64,000 nucleotides of DNA from an uncultured delta proteobacterium. Its GTDB lineage: Bacteria > Myxococcota > Myxococcia > Myxococcales > Anaeromyxobacteraceae. The stretch covers positions 18,674 to 82,673 of the forward strand of contig CAWHDZ010000030.1 in assembly GCA_963828255.1 (NCBI GenBank), written 5' to 3'. The translations under genes were made by a program, and so were the position numbers. Within the stretch, counting starts at the first letter, position 1; each line of letters begins with the position of its first letter. Below are positions 1 through 12,673 of the stretch, one piece after another. A model generated the notes under the pieces. The model worked only from the letters and a program-made list of their open reading frames with translations. It was not told where the DNA came from and ran no database searches.

Positions 1-2
1 AC

Positions 3-1069
3 ATGATGGCCTCGCTGAAGCGCACCGCCGGAGCCCCCGACGAGCGCACCGCCGCCCTCTCCCGCGAGCTGCGCGAGTTCCAGAAGGACCTCGAGTCGGT
101 CGAGCAGGAGCAGGCGAAGGTGGCGTCCGAGACCGAGAAGGTGCGCGACGCCTACCGGAAGGCGGCGCAGGAGCGGCTCAAGAAGGCGGAGCCTTCGCTG
201 CGCAAGGTGGACGAGCTGGCCCGGAAGGCAGAGGCCGAGCTCCGCCAGTCGCGTGCCGGGACCACGCCGCGCTCCGAGGACGACTTCGCCCAGTCGCGCG
301 ACCGGCTCGACGACCTGCGCAAGGCCCTGTCGTCCCGCGACCTGGACGCCGCCCTCGAGGCCTCCAGGCGGGCCCTGCCGCCCCTGCAGCGGCTCGCCAC
401 CGGGCTCGACGACGAGGCGACCATGTCGGAGCGCTTCGCGCAGCTGCAGAAGCGCGACCCGGCCGAGCTCCGGGAGGCAGCCGAGCACGCCCGCAACGCC
501 CTGCCTCCGGCGCGCCAGGCCCGCGAGGAGCTGGAGCGGCTCTTCCCCGAGGCCCGTACCGTCCTGCCCCAGGGGGAGCAGCAGAAGCTCGACCGGCTGG
601 CCCAGGAGCAGCAGGCCCTCGAGCAGAAGGCCGGGCGGCTGCAGCAGAAGCTCGACCAGCTCTCGCAGGAGGCGCCGGTCTTCCCGCCGCAGGCGAGCCG
701 GGAGCTCGCCGAGGGGCGCGGCCACATGCAGGCGGCGGCGGGGTCGCTCGGCCAGAAGAACCCCCAGCGCGGCGTCGGCGAGCAGCAGGAGGCGCTCGGG
801 TCACTCGGGCGCCTGCGCAAGGGGCTCGAGGAGATGGGGAAGGGGGGCGGCAAGGGCGAAGGGGGCTTCCCGTTCCCGTACGCCTCCTCCGGAACGCCGC
901 AGCAAGACGGGATGGACGGGGACCCGTCGCGCGAGAAGGTGGAGATCCCCCAGGTGGACGCCTCGAAGAACCGCGAGCAGTTCCGCCGCGACCTGCTGGA
1001 GGCCATGAAGCAGGGCACGCCGGAGCCCTACCAGGGCGAGGTGAAGCGCTACTACCAGGAGCTCGTGAA

Positions 1070-1073
<4 letters not shown>
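3..1073 (+). CDS. coiled-coil protein, 5' end outside window (family not recognised)
   Basis: Frame is open from the window edge. Composition is Ala/Glu/Gln/Arg/Leu-rich and heptad-like (LQQKLDQLSQEAP). It ends GEVKRYYQELVK. Its TGA overlaps the GTG of the next gene (GTGA), so it is probably in the same operon as the MoxR cluster. Confidence 0.6.
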
Positions 1074-2625
<1,552 letters not shown>

Positions 2626-2629
<4 letters not shown>

Positions 2630-3684
2630 CCGGGACGACGCGCACCGGAACCACGAACGAGGAGCACATGGACGACCGGCAGACCCAGGAAACCGCCCCG
2701 CGCGAGGCCGACCTCGCCGCGGTGGACGAGCTCGCCGAGGCGCGCCGCACGCTGCTCGGGGAGATCGAGAAGCGCATCGTGGGGCAGCGGTCGGTGGTGG
2801 ACCACCTGCTCGTGGCCCTCTTCGCCCGCGGCCACACCCTCTTCGTGGGCGTTCCCGGGCTCGCCAAGACGCTCCTCATCTCCACCGTGGCCGAGGCTCT
2901 CGACCTCTCCTTCAACCGCATCCAGTTCACCCCCGACCTCATGCCGTCGGACATCACCGGAACCGACGTGCTCGAGGAGGACCACACCACGGGCAAGCGG
3001 GCCTTCCGCTTCGTCCCCGGCCCCATCTTCGCGAACCTGCTCCTCGCCGACGAGATCAACCGGACGCCGCCCAAGACCCAGGCCGCGCTCCTCCAGGCCA
3101 TGCAGGAGTACCGGGTCACCGCCGGCGGACGGACCTACGCGCTCGACCTCCCGTTCCTGGTCTTCGCGACCCAGAACCCCATCGAGCAGGAGGGCACCTA
3201 CCCGCTCCCCGAGGCGCAGCTCGACCGCTTCATGTTCTACGTGGACGTGGACTACCCGTCCGCGGCCGAGGAGATGGAGATCGTCCGCTCCACCACCTCC
3301 GGGACCCGTCCGCCGCTGCGCCGCGTGCTCTCCCCGGCGCGCATCCGGCAGCTTCAAGATCTGGTGCTGCGCGTCCCCGCCGCCGACCACGTGGTCCGCT
3401 ACGCGGTGGAACTGGTGCGGGCCACGCGTCCCAAGGATCCCGGATCGGCCGACTTCGTGAAGGACTACGTGGCCTGGGGCGCCGGGCCGCGCGCCAGCCA
3501 GTACCTGGTGCTCGGCGCCAAGAGCCGGGCCGTGCTCGACGGGCGGGTGGCCGCCTCCGAGGAGGACGTGCGGGCGCTGGCCCGCCCGGTGCTCGTGCAC
3601 CGGGTCATCGCCAACTTCCGGGCGGAGAGCGACGGCGTGTCGAGCCGGGAGATCGTCGATCGGCTGCTCGAGAAGGTGAAGTGA
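2626..3684 (+). CDS. MoxR-family AAA+ ATPase
   Basis: Walker A GVPGLAKT, Walker B LLADEINR and [22 protein letters not shown] are typical of MoxR/RavA-type ATPases. Start could instead be the internal ATG at 2668. Confidence 0.93.
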
Positions 3685-4586
3685 CCGAGGCGGGAAAGCG
3701 GCTCCTCGACCCGAGGGTGCTCTCGCGCCTGGCCGGACTGCGCCTGCGCGTGCGGGCCACCGCCGAGGGAGTCCTCTCCGGCCTGCACCGCAGCCCCCAC
3801 CACGGACAGTCGGTGGAGTTCAGCGAGCACAAGGAGTACGCGCCCGGCGACGAACTCCGGCACGTCGACTGGAAGGCATACGGCAAGTTCGACAAGTACT
3901 ACGTGAAGCGCTTCGAGCAGGAGACCAACCTCCGGGCCTGGCTCGTCGTGGACGCGTCCGGCTCCATGGGATACCGGGGCGCCGACGACCGGCTCACCAA
4001 GCTCGGCTACGCGAGCACGCTCGCCGGGACGCTCGCGCACCTCCTGGTGCGCCAGCAGGACGCGGCCGGTCTCGCGGTCTTCTCCGGGAAGGTCACGATC
4101 GCGCTCACCCCGCGCGCCGAGCCCTCGCAGGTGAACGCCATCCTCGAGACCCTCGAGGCGCTCCAGCCGGGCGGGGAGACCCGCGTCGAGGCGGCGGTGG
4201 CGTTCCTGGCCGAGCGGGCCCGGCGCCGGTCGGCGCTGATGGTCTTCTCCGACCTCCTCGACCGGGACGAGCGGATGCTCCGGCTGGTCACCGACCTGCG
4301 CCGCCGCAGGCACGAGGTGACGGTCTTCCACCTCCTCGACCCGTCCGAGCTCGACTTCCCCTTCGACGACCCGACCCTCTTCCTCTCCATGGAGGACGCA
4401 CGCAGCGTGGAGGCCCGGGGGCGCGACGTCCGGAAGGGGTACCTCGAGCTCCTCGGGAAGTGGCTCGAGCAGGTGCGCACGGCCTGCGGCGAGGCCGACG
4501 TGGACTACGTGCGGGTCCGCACCGACCAGCCGCTCGACGAGGTGCTCGTCCCGTTCCTGGCGCGGCGGGAGCGGACCGCGGCATGA
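3681..4586 (+). CDS. DUF58 domain protein (usual MoxR partner)
   Basis: The GTG at 3681 overlaps the moxR-like [49 protein letters not shown] is the DUF58 signature region. The tracked ORF extension upstream (2562-3680) is Arg/Pro-rich shadow sequence. Confidence 0.88.
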   Translation: MTEAGKRLLDPRVLSRLAGLRLRVRATAEGVLSGLHRSPHHGQSVEFSEHKEYAPGDELRHVDWKAYGKFDKYYVKRFEQETNLRAWLVVDASGSMGYRGADDRLTKLGYASTLAGTLAHLLVRQQDAAGLAVFSGKVTIALTPRAEPSQVNAILETLEALQPGGETRVEAAVAFLAERARRRSALMVFSDLLDRDERMLRLVTDLRRRRHEVTVFHLLDPSELDFPFDDPTLFLSMEDARSVEARGRDVRKGYLELLGKWLEQVRTACGEADVDYVRVRTDQPLDEVLVPFLARRERTAA

Positions 4587-4593
4587 CGACGCC

Positions 4594-6750
4594 ATGAACC
4601 TGTCCTTCCTGCACCCCGCGCTCCTCTGGGGGCTCGCCGCGGCGGCCATCCCGCTCGCCATCCACCTCTTCCACCGGCGGCGCCCCAAGGCAGTCCCGTT
4701 CCCGGCCATCGACTTCGTCATGCAGGCGCGGCGCGAGACCGAGCGGCGGCTCAAGCTGCGGCGGATCCTCCTCTTCGCCGCCCGCACCGCGCTCCTCGCC
4801 GCCGCCGCGCTGGCCATCGCCCGGCCGCGCCTCTCCACTCCGGAGGCGAGCGCCGCGCCCGGGCCGGCCGGCCCGGCGGCGACCGCCGTGGTGCTCGACA
4901 CCTCGGCCTCGATGGCCTACCGGCTGGGCGGCCGGACGCTCCTCGACCGGGCGCGCGAGGACGTCCTCGAGGTCCTGGCGTCGCTCGGCCCCGACGAGCC
5001 GGCCACCGTGGTGATCTGCGGGGGGGAGGGTATTCCGCAGGCCGACCCTCCCGGCTTCGACCGCCTGGCCCTGCGGCGGCTCGTCGCCGACGCCGGCCAG
5101 GGCTTCGCCCACTCCGACCTCACCACCTGCGTCACCGCCGCCGTCCGCGCGCTCGGCGATCCGGCCGCCGCCGCCACCTCGCGCCGCAGGCTGGTGGTCG
5201 CCACCGACCTCACCGCCAGCGCCTGGCGGCTCGACGCCCCGGCGCCGGTGGTCACGGCGGCCGCAGGCGCCCTGCGCCCCGATGTGGTGCTCCTCGACGC
5301 GGCCCGAGGGGAGCGGCTCGGGAACCGCTGGGTGGCAGGGCTCGTGGCCGAGCCGGAGCCCGCCGCCGGCGCGCACGGCTACCGGATCGGCGTCACCCTG
5401 AACGGCGAGGGGGTGGAGGCGGAGCGGGACGTACCGCTCCTGCTCCGGGTGGGCCCCGGCAAGGACGAGCGCACCGTGCTGCGGTCGCTCCTCGAGCTTC
5501 CCGCCTCGGGGAGCACGAGGAAGGCGCTGGCCCACGACTTCGCGGCCGGCGGCCCGGCGGTGGTGACGGTCGCCCTGCCGCCCGACGCACTCCCCGACGA
5601 CGACGCGCTCACGCTGGTCGTGGACGTGCCGCGCGACGTGAAGGTGCTCGTGGTGAACGGCGCGCCGTCGGTGGTGCGCCACCGGGACGCCGCCTACTTC
5701 CTGGAGGCGGCGCTTTCCGGCCCCGCCTCGCCGGTGCGCCCCACGGTGGTGGACGCCGAGGGGTTCGCGAAGGCGCGGCTCGCCGACTTCGACGTGGTGA
5801 TGCTGCTCGACCTGCGCGCCCCTGGCCCCAAGGCGGCCGAGCTCACGGCCTTCGTCGAGAACGGGGGCGGTCTCTTCATCGCCATGGGGGACGACGTGGA
5901 CCCCGACCGCTACGACGCCGAGGTGGGCGGGTTGCTCCCGGCCCCCCTCCACGTGGTGAAGACCGCGGCCGAGCGTGGCGCTCCCGGGGCCGAGGCCAAG
6001 GCGGCGCGGTTCGCCGAGATCGACTGGGACCACCCGGCCCTCCGGGTCTTCACCGGGCAGGCGCGGGAGGGGCTCGAGTCGGTGCGGGCCTTTCGCTACA
6101 TGCTCTTCAAGCCGGGAGCCAAGGACGGCGGTGCGCGGGTGCTGGCCCGCTACGACGACGGCGCGCCGGCGCTGGTCGAGGCCCGGCGCGGCAAGGGGCG
6201 GGTGATGCTCTTCGCCTCCACCCTCGATCCGGAGTGGTCCGACTGGACCATCCGCACGAGCTTCCTGCCCGCCATGCAGCGCATCGCCGCCTGGCTGGCC
6301 GGCTCGCTCGACGAGCGACGGTCGGCGCCCGGCGTGGTGGGGGCGCCGCGGCCGATCGAGCTGCCGGCGGGGTCCTCGCTGGCAGCGGTGGTGGGGCCGG
6401 ACGGGCGGGAACGGCGCGAGGTCGCGACGCCGGGCGGCGGCGCGGCCGCGGAGGGGCCACCGGTCCTCACCCCCGACCGGCCCGGGCTCTGGCAGGTGAA
6501 GGTGCGCGACCGCGCCACCGGCGGCGAAAGGCTCGATCCGGCGCTCGCCTTCCCGGTCTGGCCCGACCCGCGCGAGTCGGACACCCGGCGTCTCGAGCCG
6601 GCCGAGCTCACCGCCTGGTTCGGGGGCGAGGCGCTCGCCCGGGTGGCCTCCGACGGGAAGCCATCCGGTTCGAGGGAGGTGCCCCTCTGGTCATGGCTCC
6701 TGCTCCTCGCCGTGGGCGCCTTCCTCGCCGAGGGCTTGCTCGTCTCCTGA
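4594..6750 (+). CDS. BatA-type membrane protein (aerotolerance-regulator N-terminal domain), 718 aa
   Basis: The N-terminus MNLSFLHPALLWGLAAAAIPLAIHLFHRRRP matches the BatA_N double-TM pattern. There is a C-terminal TM (LWSWLLLLAVGAFLAEGLLV). It follows MoxR/DUF58 as in Bat-like operons. Confidence 0.8.
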   Translation: MNLSFLHPALLWGLAAAAIPLAIHLFHRRRPKAVPFPAIDFVMQARRETERRLKLRRILLFAARTALLAAAALAIARPRLSTPEASAAPGPAGPAATAVVLDTSASMAYRLGGRTLLDRAREDVLEVLASLGPDEPATVVICGGEGIPQADPPGFDRLALRRLVADAGQGFAHSDLTTCVTAAVRALGDPAAAATSRRRLVVATDLTASAWRLDAPAPVVTAAAGALRPDVVLLDAARGERLGNRWVAGLVAEPEPAAGAHGYRIGVTLNGEGVEAERDVPLLLRVGPGKDERTVLRSLLELPASGSTRKALAHDFAAGGPAVVTVALPPDALPDDDALTLVVDVPRDVKVLVVNGAPSVVRHRDAAYFLEAALSGPASPVRPTVVDAEGFAKARLADFDVVMLLDLRAPGPKAAELTAFVENGGGLFIAMGDDVDPDRYDAEVGGLLPAPLHVVKTAAERGAPGAEAKAARFAEIDWDHPALRVFTGQAREGLESVRAFRYMLFKPGAKDGGARVLARYDDGAPALVEARRGKGRVMLFASTLDPEWSDWTIRTSFLPAMQRIAAWLAGSLDERRSAPGVVGAPRPIELPAGSSLAAVVGPDGRERREVATPGGGAAAEGPPVLTPDRPGLWQVKVRDRATGGERLDPALAFPVWPDPRESDTRRLEPAELTAWFGGEALARVASDGKPSGSREVPLWSWLLLLAVGAFLAEGLLVS

Positions 6751-6762
6751 GCCGCCCGCATC

Positions 6763-7872
6763 ATGCCTGCCGAGATGAGCTCTTTCCGACTCGACGCCGA
6801 GTGCGCCGGCCTCCTCTGCGTGGGGTTCGACGGTCTCACCCCGTCCGCCGAGGTCCTCGAACTCATCCGGCGCGGGGTCTACGGCGTGATCCTCTTCGCG
6901 CGCAACGTGGAGAGCGCCGTGCAGGTGGCCGAGCTCTCGGCGGCGCTCAAGCGCGCGGCGGGGCGGCCGCTCCTCGTCACCGTGGACCAGGAGGGGGGAA
7001 GGGTGGCGCGGCTCCGCGCCCGCCACGGATTCACCGAGCTGCCCCCCATGCGCGCGCTGGGGGAGACCGGCGACGAGGGGACCGCCTTCGAGGTGGGGGC
7101 GCTGCTCGGTCGCGAGCTGCGGGCGGTGGGGATCGACCAGGACTACGCGCCGGTCGTGGACGTGGACACCAATCCGGCCAATCCAGTCATCGGCGACCGC
7201 TCGCTGGGGCGCGACCCTGAACGGGTCGGGCGGCTCGGGGCGGCGCTGGCCCGCGGCCTCCAGTCGGCCGGCGTGGCCGCCTGCGCCAAGCACTTCCCCG
7301 GACACGGGGACACGAGCCAGGACTCGCACGTGGGCCTGCCGCGCCTCCCCCATCCGCTCTCGCGGCTCGAGGCGGTAGAGCTCGCGCCCTTCCGGGCGCT
7401 CTCCCGGGCCGGAGTGGCCTCGGTGATGACCGCCCACGTGGTCTTCGAGGCCGTCGACCCGGTGCGGCCCGCCACCATTTCACCCCCAGTGATGCAGCTC
7501 CTCCGCGGCACGTGCGGCTTCGACGGGCCGGCCCTCTCCGACGACCTGGAGATGAAGGCGGTGGCCGCCCACTTCCCGCTGGAGGAGGTCGTGCCGGGGG
7601 CCGTGGCGGCCGGGGTGGACGGCCTGCTGGTCTGCCACCGGGCCGAGGTCCAGAACCGGGCCGTCGACCTGCTCCGGGAGGCGGTGGAGCGGGGGACGGT
7701 GAGCCGGGAACGCCTTTCGGAGGCCCGCGCCCGTGTTGCACGGCTCCTGTCCTGGGCCGCCCCCCCGGGCGACCCGGCCCTGGCCACCGCCCGGCTCCGG
7801 CTGCCGGGGTCGCTCGCCCTGGCGGCCCGGCTGCCCGGTCGCGCGTCCGGTCCCGACCCCACCGCGGCATGA
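6763..7872 (+). CDS. nagZ: beta-N-acetylhexosaminidase (GH3)
   Basis: VTVDQEGGRVARL, KHFPGHGDTSQDSH and an approximately 369-aa length fit NagZ. Confidence 0.88.
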   Translation: MPAEMSSFRLDAECAGLLCVGFDGLTPSAEVLELIRRGVYGVILFARNVESAVQVAELSAALKRAAGRPLLVTVDQEGGRVARLRARHGFTELPPMRALGETGDEGTAFEVGALLGRELRAVGIDQDYAPVVDVDTNPANPVIGDRSLGRDPERVGRLGAALARGLQSAGVAACAKHFPGHGDTSQDSHVGLPRLPHPLSRLEAVELAPFRALSRAGVASVMTAHVVFEAVDPVRPATISPPVMQLLRGTCGFDGPALSDDLEMKAVAAHFPLEEVVPGAVAAGVDGLLVCHRAEVQNRAVDLLREAVERGTVSRERLSEARARVARLLSWAAPPGDPALATARLRLPGSLALAARLPGRASGPDPTAA

Positions 7873-7930
7873 CTCCGGGCGTGAAGTGGGGCACACTTCC
7901 CCCCCGAAGAGCCCTCGATCGGAGGTTTCG

Positions 7931-9118
7931 ATGCACGCAGCCCGCGCCGTGGCAATCCTCGCAGCGTCCCTCGCCGTCGTCGCCTGCCAGAGCAAGAAGC
8001 CCGAGACGGAGGCGCCGGCCAAGGCCGCAGCCGCTCCCGCTCCGGCCAGCGACAGGATCCTGGTCGGCCACGTGGGCTCCATGACCGGATCGGAGGCCAC
8101 CTTCGGGCAGTCCACCGACAACGGGATCAAGCTCGCCATCGAGCAGTGGAACGCCAAGGGCGGCGTGAAGGGCAAGACCATCTCGCTGCGCACCCTGGAC
8201 AGCCAGGGCAAGCCCGAGGAGGCGGCGGTCGCCGCCACGCGCCTCATCGTGAACGACAAGGTGAACCTGCTCCTCGGTGAGGTCGCGTCGTCCCGCTCGC
8301 TCGCCATGGCCCCGGTCGCCGACGGCAACGGCACGCCCATGATCACGCCGTCCTCCACCAACCCCAGGGTCACGAAGGACAAGGACAAGGTCCGCCCCTT
8401 CGTCTTCCGGGTCTGCTTCATCGACCCGTTCCAGGGCACCGTGATGGCCAAGTTCGCCCGCAACGACAAGAAGATCGACCGGGTCGCCATCCTGCGCGAC
8501 GTGGGCAACGACTACTCGATGGGGCTGGCCGACTACTTCCTGGCCAAGTTCAAGGAGCTCGGCGGGACCATCGTCGACGACCAGAGCTACAAGGCCGGTG
8601 ACCAGGACTTCAAGGCCCAGCTCACCGCCATCAAGAACAAGAACCCGCAGGCCATCTACGTCCCCGGCTACTACACCGACGTGGCCCTCATCGCCCGCCA
8701 GGCCCGCGAGCTGGGCATGAAGCAGCCGCTGCTGGGCGGCGACGGCTGGGACTCCTCCAAGCTCTTCGAGATCGGCGGGAAGGCCATCGAGGGCTCCTTC
8801 TTCTCGAACCACTACTCGCCCGACGACCCCAGCCCGCGCATCCAGGACTTCGTGAAGGCCTACAAGGCCCGCTACGGGGCGGTGCCGGACGGCCTGGCGG
8901 CGCAGGGCTACGACGCCGCCATGGTCGGGTTCGACGCCATGAACCGGGCCGCCGACGGCTCCGGCGCCGCGGTCCGCGACGCCATCGCCGCCACCAAGGA
9001 CTACCCGGGCGTCACCGGCATCATCACCATCGACGCCAACCACGACGCGGTCAAGCCCGCAGTCGTACTGGAAGTGAAGGACGGGAAGTCGTCGTACGTC
9101 ACCACCGTCGCCCCCTGA
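7931..9118 (+). CDS. branched-chain amino-acid ABC transporter substrate-binding lipoprotein
   Basis: ATG at 7931 is preceded by GGAGG. It has a lipobox (SLAVVAC|QS) and Leu/Ile/Val-binding-protein-like sequence (VGHVGSMTGSEATFGQS, YVPGYYTD). It sits upstream of livHMGF. Confidence 0.88.
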   Translation: MHAARAVAILAASLAVVACQSKKPETEAPAKAAAAPAPASDRILVGHVGSMTGSEATFGQSTDNGIKLAIEQWNAKGGVKGKTISLRTLDSQGKPEEAAVAATRLIVNDKVNLLLGEVASSRSLAMAPVADGNGTPMITPSSTNPRVTKDKDKVRPFVFRVCFIDPFQGTVMAKFARNDKKIDRVAILRDVGNDYSMGLADYFLAKFKELGGTIVDDQSYKAGDQDFKAQLTAIKNKNPQAIYVPGYYTDVALIARQARELGMKQPLLGGDGWDSSKLFEIGGKAIEGSFFSNHYSPDDPSPRIQDFVKAYKARYGAVPDGLAAQGYDAAMVGFDAMNRAADGSGAAVRDAIAATKDYPGVTGIITIDANHDAVKPAVVLEVKDGKSSYVTTVAP

Positions 9119-9145
9119 CGGACGTCGACCCGGGCCGACGCCGTC

Positions 9146-10156
9146 TTGACCGAGTTCCTCCAGCACGTCGTCAACGGCGTCTCGCTCGGGACCATCTACG
9201 CCCTCATCGCGCTGGGCTACACGATGGTCTACGGGGTGCTGAAGCTCATCAACTTCGCCCACGGCGACGTGTACATGGCGGCGGCCTTCGCCGGCTTCTA
9301 CATCGCCACCGCCCTCGACGTCCGGGACCACCCCACCATCGGCAAGGCGGTGGTGGTCTTCCTGGGCGCGATGGCGGTCGCCGGGGCCATGGGCTGGGCC
9401 ATCGAGCGCTTCGCCTACCGGCCGCTGCGCAACCGCCCGCGCCTGGCCACCCTCATCACCGCCATCGGCATCTCCTTCCTCCTCGAGTACGGGTTCCAGC
9501 TCCCCAGCCTCCAGGCCCAGGGGCGCTCGTTCGAGGAGGTGCTGCGCGGGTGGGGCTGGGGGGTGCCGGGCTGGCTCGACGCGCTGGTGGGCGCGCTCCC
9601 CTCCACCTTCCCGCCCGGCCCGACGCCGCGCTTCTTCCCGGAGCCCTTCACCCGGGTGGACTGGACGGTCCTCGGCGGCGTGCACGTCTCCAATTACGAC
9701 GTGGTCTCCTTCCTCGTGGCGGTGGGATTCATGCTGGGCCTGCAGTGGATCGTCTACCGGACCCGCTTCGGCACGGCCCTGCGCGCCGTCTCCTTCGATC
9801 CCCGCGTCGCCGGGCTCATGGGCATCCCGGTGAACCGGGTCATCTCGGCCACCTTCGTCCTGGGCAGCGTGCTCGCCGCGGTGGCGGCGCTGCTCGTGGC
9901 CGGGTCGCGGCCGCGCATCGACCCGATCATGGGGCTCATGCCGGGCCTGAAGGCCTTCGTGGCCGCCGTCTTCGGAGGGATCGGCAACGTCCCGGGCGCC
10001 ATGCTGGGCGGCATCGCGCTCGGGCTCGCCGAGGAGATGGTGGCCGGCTACACGGTCTCGTCCTTCCGCGACGGCATCGCCTTCGCCATGCTCATCCTGG
10101 TCCTGATCCTCCGCCCCGAGGGGCTCCTCGGACGGGTCACCGTGGAGAAGGTGTGA
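9146..10156 (+). CDS. livH: branched-chain amino-acid ABC transporter permease
   Basis: TTG start. MTEFLQHVVNGVSLGTIYALIALGYTMVYGVLKLINFAHGD is the canonical LivH N-terminus. Multi-TM protein. Confidence 0.92.
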   Translation: MTEFLQHVVNGVSLGTIYALIALGYTMVYGVLKLINFAHGDVYMAAAFAGFYIATALDVRDHPTIGKAVVVFLGAMAVAGAMGWAIERFAYRPLRNRPRLATLITAIGISFLLEYGFQLPSLQAQGRSFEEVLRGWGWGVPGWLDALVGALPSTFPPGPTPRFFPEPFTRVDWTVLGGVHVSNYDVVSFLVAVGFMLGLQWIVYRTRFGTALRAVSFDPRVAGLMGIPVNRVISATFVLGSVLAAVAALLVAGSRPRIDPIMGLMPGLKAFVAAVFGGIGNVPGAMLGGIALGLAEEMVAGYTVSSFRDGIAFAMLILVLILRPEGLLGRVTVEKV

Positions 10157-11142
10157 CGGGGCGCGCCTGGCTCGTCCTGCGCTCCGCCGCGCCGTTCCTC
10201 CTGGCGCTGCCGGTCCTCTGGTTCGTGCAGGGCGCGCTGGCCAGCTACCACTCGTTCGTCTTCATCAACATCGCGGTGAACGTGATCCTGGCGGTCTCGC
10301 TCAACGTGGTGAACGGCTTCACCGGCCAGTTCTCCATCGGCCACGCCGCCTTCATGGCGGTGGGGGCCTACAGCGCCGCGCTCGTCACCACGGGGATGGA
10401 GGCCTTCCAGGTGGCCGGGCTTCCGCTCGGGGCATCCGACGCGCTGATCTTCCTCGTGGCCCTCCTCGCGGGCATGGCCATGGCGTCGCTGGCGGGTTTG
10501 CTGGTGGGCATCCCGTCGCTCCGTCTGCGGGGCGACTACCTCGCCATCGTCACGCTGGGCTTCGGCGAGATCATCCGGGTGGTCATCGAGAACACCCGGG
10601 TGCTCGGCCAGGCCACCGGCATCTCCGGCCTCCCCGCATCCACCAACGTGGTCTGGGCCGGGATGGGCGTGGTGGCCACCGTGGTCATGGCGCGGCGCCT
10701 CCTGCTCTCCACGCAGGGGCGGGCGCTGCTCGCCATCCGGGAGGACGAGGTGGCCGCCGAGGCCATGGGCGTCGACACCGTGGGGTGGAAGGTCCGGGCC
10801 TTCGTCATCTCGGCCGCCTTCGCCGGGCTGGCCGGCGCGCTGCTGGTCCACAAGATCCAGCTGGTCACGCCGCGAATGTTCACCTTCGTGAAGTCGATGG
10901 AGGTGGTGGTGATGGTGGTGCTGGGCGGCATGGGCTCCATCACCGGGTCGGTCGTGGCGGCGACGCTGCTCACCGTGGCGCTCGAGTCGCTGCAGGCCGC
11001 CGACCAGTACCGGATGGTGATCTTCTCGCTCCTGCTCATCGTGCTCATGCTCACCCGCCCGAGCGGCCTCTTCGGCACCCGCGAGATCTGGGACGCGGTC
11101 CCGCGCTGGCTCCGCCGCCGGGCCGACGGGGGGACGCCGTGA
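10153..11142 (+). CDS. livM: branched-chain amino-acid ABC transporter permease
   Basis: The GTG at 10153 overlaps the livH TGA. Motifs NVVNGFTGQFSIGHAAFMAVGAY and LRLRGDYLAIVTLGFGEI are present. The tracked ORF upstream of 10153 is shadow frame. Confidence 0.9.
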   Translation: MTGRAWLVLRSAAPFLLALPVLWFVQGALASYHSFVFINIAVNVILAVSLNVVNGFTGQFSIGHAAFMAVGAYSAALVTTGMEAFQVAGLPLGASDALIFLVALLAGMAMASLAGLLVGIPSLRLRGDYLAIVTLGFGEIIRVVIENTRVLGQATGISGLPASTNVVWAGMGVVATVVMARRLLLSTQGRALLAIREDEVAAEAMGVDTVGWKVRAFVISAAFAGLAGALLVHKIQLVTPRMFTFVKSMEVVVMVVLGGMGSITGSVVAATLLTVALESLQAADQYRMVIFSLLLIVLMLTRPSGLFGTREIWDAVPRWLRRRADGGTP

Positions 11143-11960
11143 GCGGGCGGGGCGAGGCGGCGCTCGAGGCCCGCGGCGTGACGATGCGCTTCGGCGGCCT
11201 CACCGCGCTCTCCGGATTCGACCTGTCGCTCCGCATCGGCGAGCTGGTCGGCCTCATCGGACCGAACGGCGCCGGCAAGACCACCGCCTTCAACGCGCTC
11301 ACCGGCGTCTACGCCCCCACCGAGGGGGAGGTGGAGGTGGCCGGACGGAGGGTGAACGGTCTGCGCCCCCACCAGATCTGCGAGCTGGGCGTGGCCCGCA
11401 CCTTCCAGAACGTGCGCCTCTTCAAGGAGCTCAGCGCCTTCGACAACGTGCGCATCGCCTGCCACGCCGGGTCGCGGAGCGGCTTCACCTCGGCCTGGAT
11501 GCTCACCCCCACCCACGACGCCGAGGAGGAGCGGATCCGGCAGCGGGCCAGCGAGTTCCTCGCCGTGCTGGAGCTCTCCCACCGGCGGGAGGAGCTGGCC
11601 CGCAACCTCCCGTACGGGGAGCAGCGAAGGCTCGAGATCGCCCGCGCGCTCGCCACCGGACCGAAGGTCCTCTGCCTCGACGAGCCTGCCGCCGGCATGA
11701 ACGCCTCCGAGAAGGTGGCGCTCATGGAGCTCATCCGGCGCATCCGCGACCAGTTCGCGCTGGCCATCCTGGTGATCGAGCACGACATGCGGCTCGTGAT
11801 GGGGATCTCGGAGCGGGTGCTGGTGCTCGACCACGGCGTGACCATCGCCCACGGGCGTCCCGAGGAGGTCCGGCGCGACCCCAAGGTCATCGAGGCCTAC
11901 CTGGGCGACGGAAAGCTCCGGTTGCGTCCGCCCCGCGGGGCGGAGGGCAAGCCGGCGTGA
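11139..11960 (+). CDS. livG: branched-chain amino-acid ABC transporter ATP-binding protein
   Basis: The GTG at 11139 overlaps the livM stop. Walker A GPNGAGKTT, ABC signature YGEQRRLEIARAL and Walker B LCLDEPAAGM are present. Confidence 0.92.
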   Translation: MSGRGEAALEARGVTMRFGGLTALSGFDLSLRIGELVGLIGPNGAGKTTAFNALTGVYAPTEGEVEVAGRRVNGLRPHQICELGVARTFQNVRLFKELSAFDNVRIACHAGSRSGFTSAWMLTPTHDAEEERIRQRASEFLAVLELSHRREELARNLPYGEQRRLEIARALATGPKVLCLDEPAAGMNASEKVALMELIRRIRDQFALAILVIEHDMRLVMGISERVLVLDHGVTIAHGRPEEVRRDPKVIEAYLGDGKLRLRPPRGAEGKPA

Positions 11961-12673
11961 GCGGTTCGCTCCTCTCGATCCGGGACCTGGTGGTCCACTA
12001 CGGCGTCATCCAGGCGCTGCAGGGGATCTCGCTCGAGGTGCCGGAGGGCAAGATCGTGGCCCTCATCGGGGCCAACGGGGCCGGGAAGAGCACCACGCTC
12101 CGGGCCGTCTCCGGGCTCCTCCGCCCCACCTCCGGCGCCATCGAGTTCCAGGGGCGCTCCATCGCGGGCCTCCCCTCCCATCAGATCGTGGCCAAGGGAG
12201 TGGCCCAGGCTCCGGAGGGGCGCGGCATCTTCCTCAACCTCACGGTGAAGGAGAACCTCGAGCTGGGGGCCTACCTGCGCCGCGACCGGGACGGCATCGA
12301 CGCCGACCGCGAGCGGGCCCACGCGCTCTTCCCCATCCTGAAGGAGCGCAGCGGCCAGGTGTCCGGGACGCTGTCGGGCGGGGAGCAGCAGATGCTCGCC
12401 GTGGCCCGCGCCCTCATGAGCCGTCCCACGCTGCTCCTCCTCGACGAGCCTTCCCTCGGGCTCGCGCCGCAGTTCGTGGACCGGATCTTCCAGGTCATCC
12501 AGGAGATCAACGAGGCCGGGGTGTCGCTGCTCCTCGTGGAGCAGAACGCCAACATGGCCTTGCAGGTCGCGCACCATGCCTACGTGCTGGAGACCGGAGC
12601 GATCGTGATGCAGGGCAGCGGCGCCGAGCTCCTCGCGAGCCCCGACGTGCGGAAGGCGTATCTCGGAGAGTAG
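11957..12673 (+). CDS. livF: branched-chain amino-acid ABC transporter ATP-binding protein
   Basis: Walker A GANGAGKST, signature LSGGEQQMLAVARAL and Walker B LLLDEPSLGLAP are present. It ends KAYLGE. Confidence 0.93.
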   Translation: MSGSLLSIRDLVVHYGVIQALQGISLEVPEGKIVALIGANGAGKSTTLRAVSGLLRPTSGAIEFQGRSIAGLPSHQIVAKGVAQAPEGRGIFLNLTVKENLELGAYLRRDRDGIDADRERAHALFPILKERSGQVSGTLSGGEQQMLAVARALMSRPTLLLLDEPSLGLAPQFVDRIFQVIQEINEAGVSLLLVEQNANMALQVAHHAYVLETGAIVMQGSGAELLASPDVRKAYLGE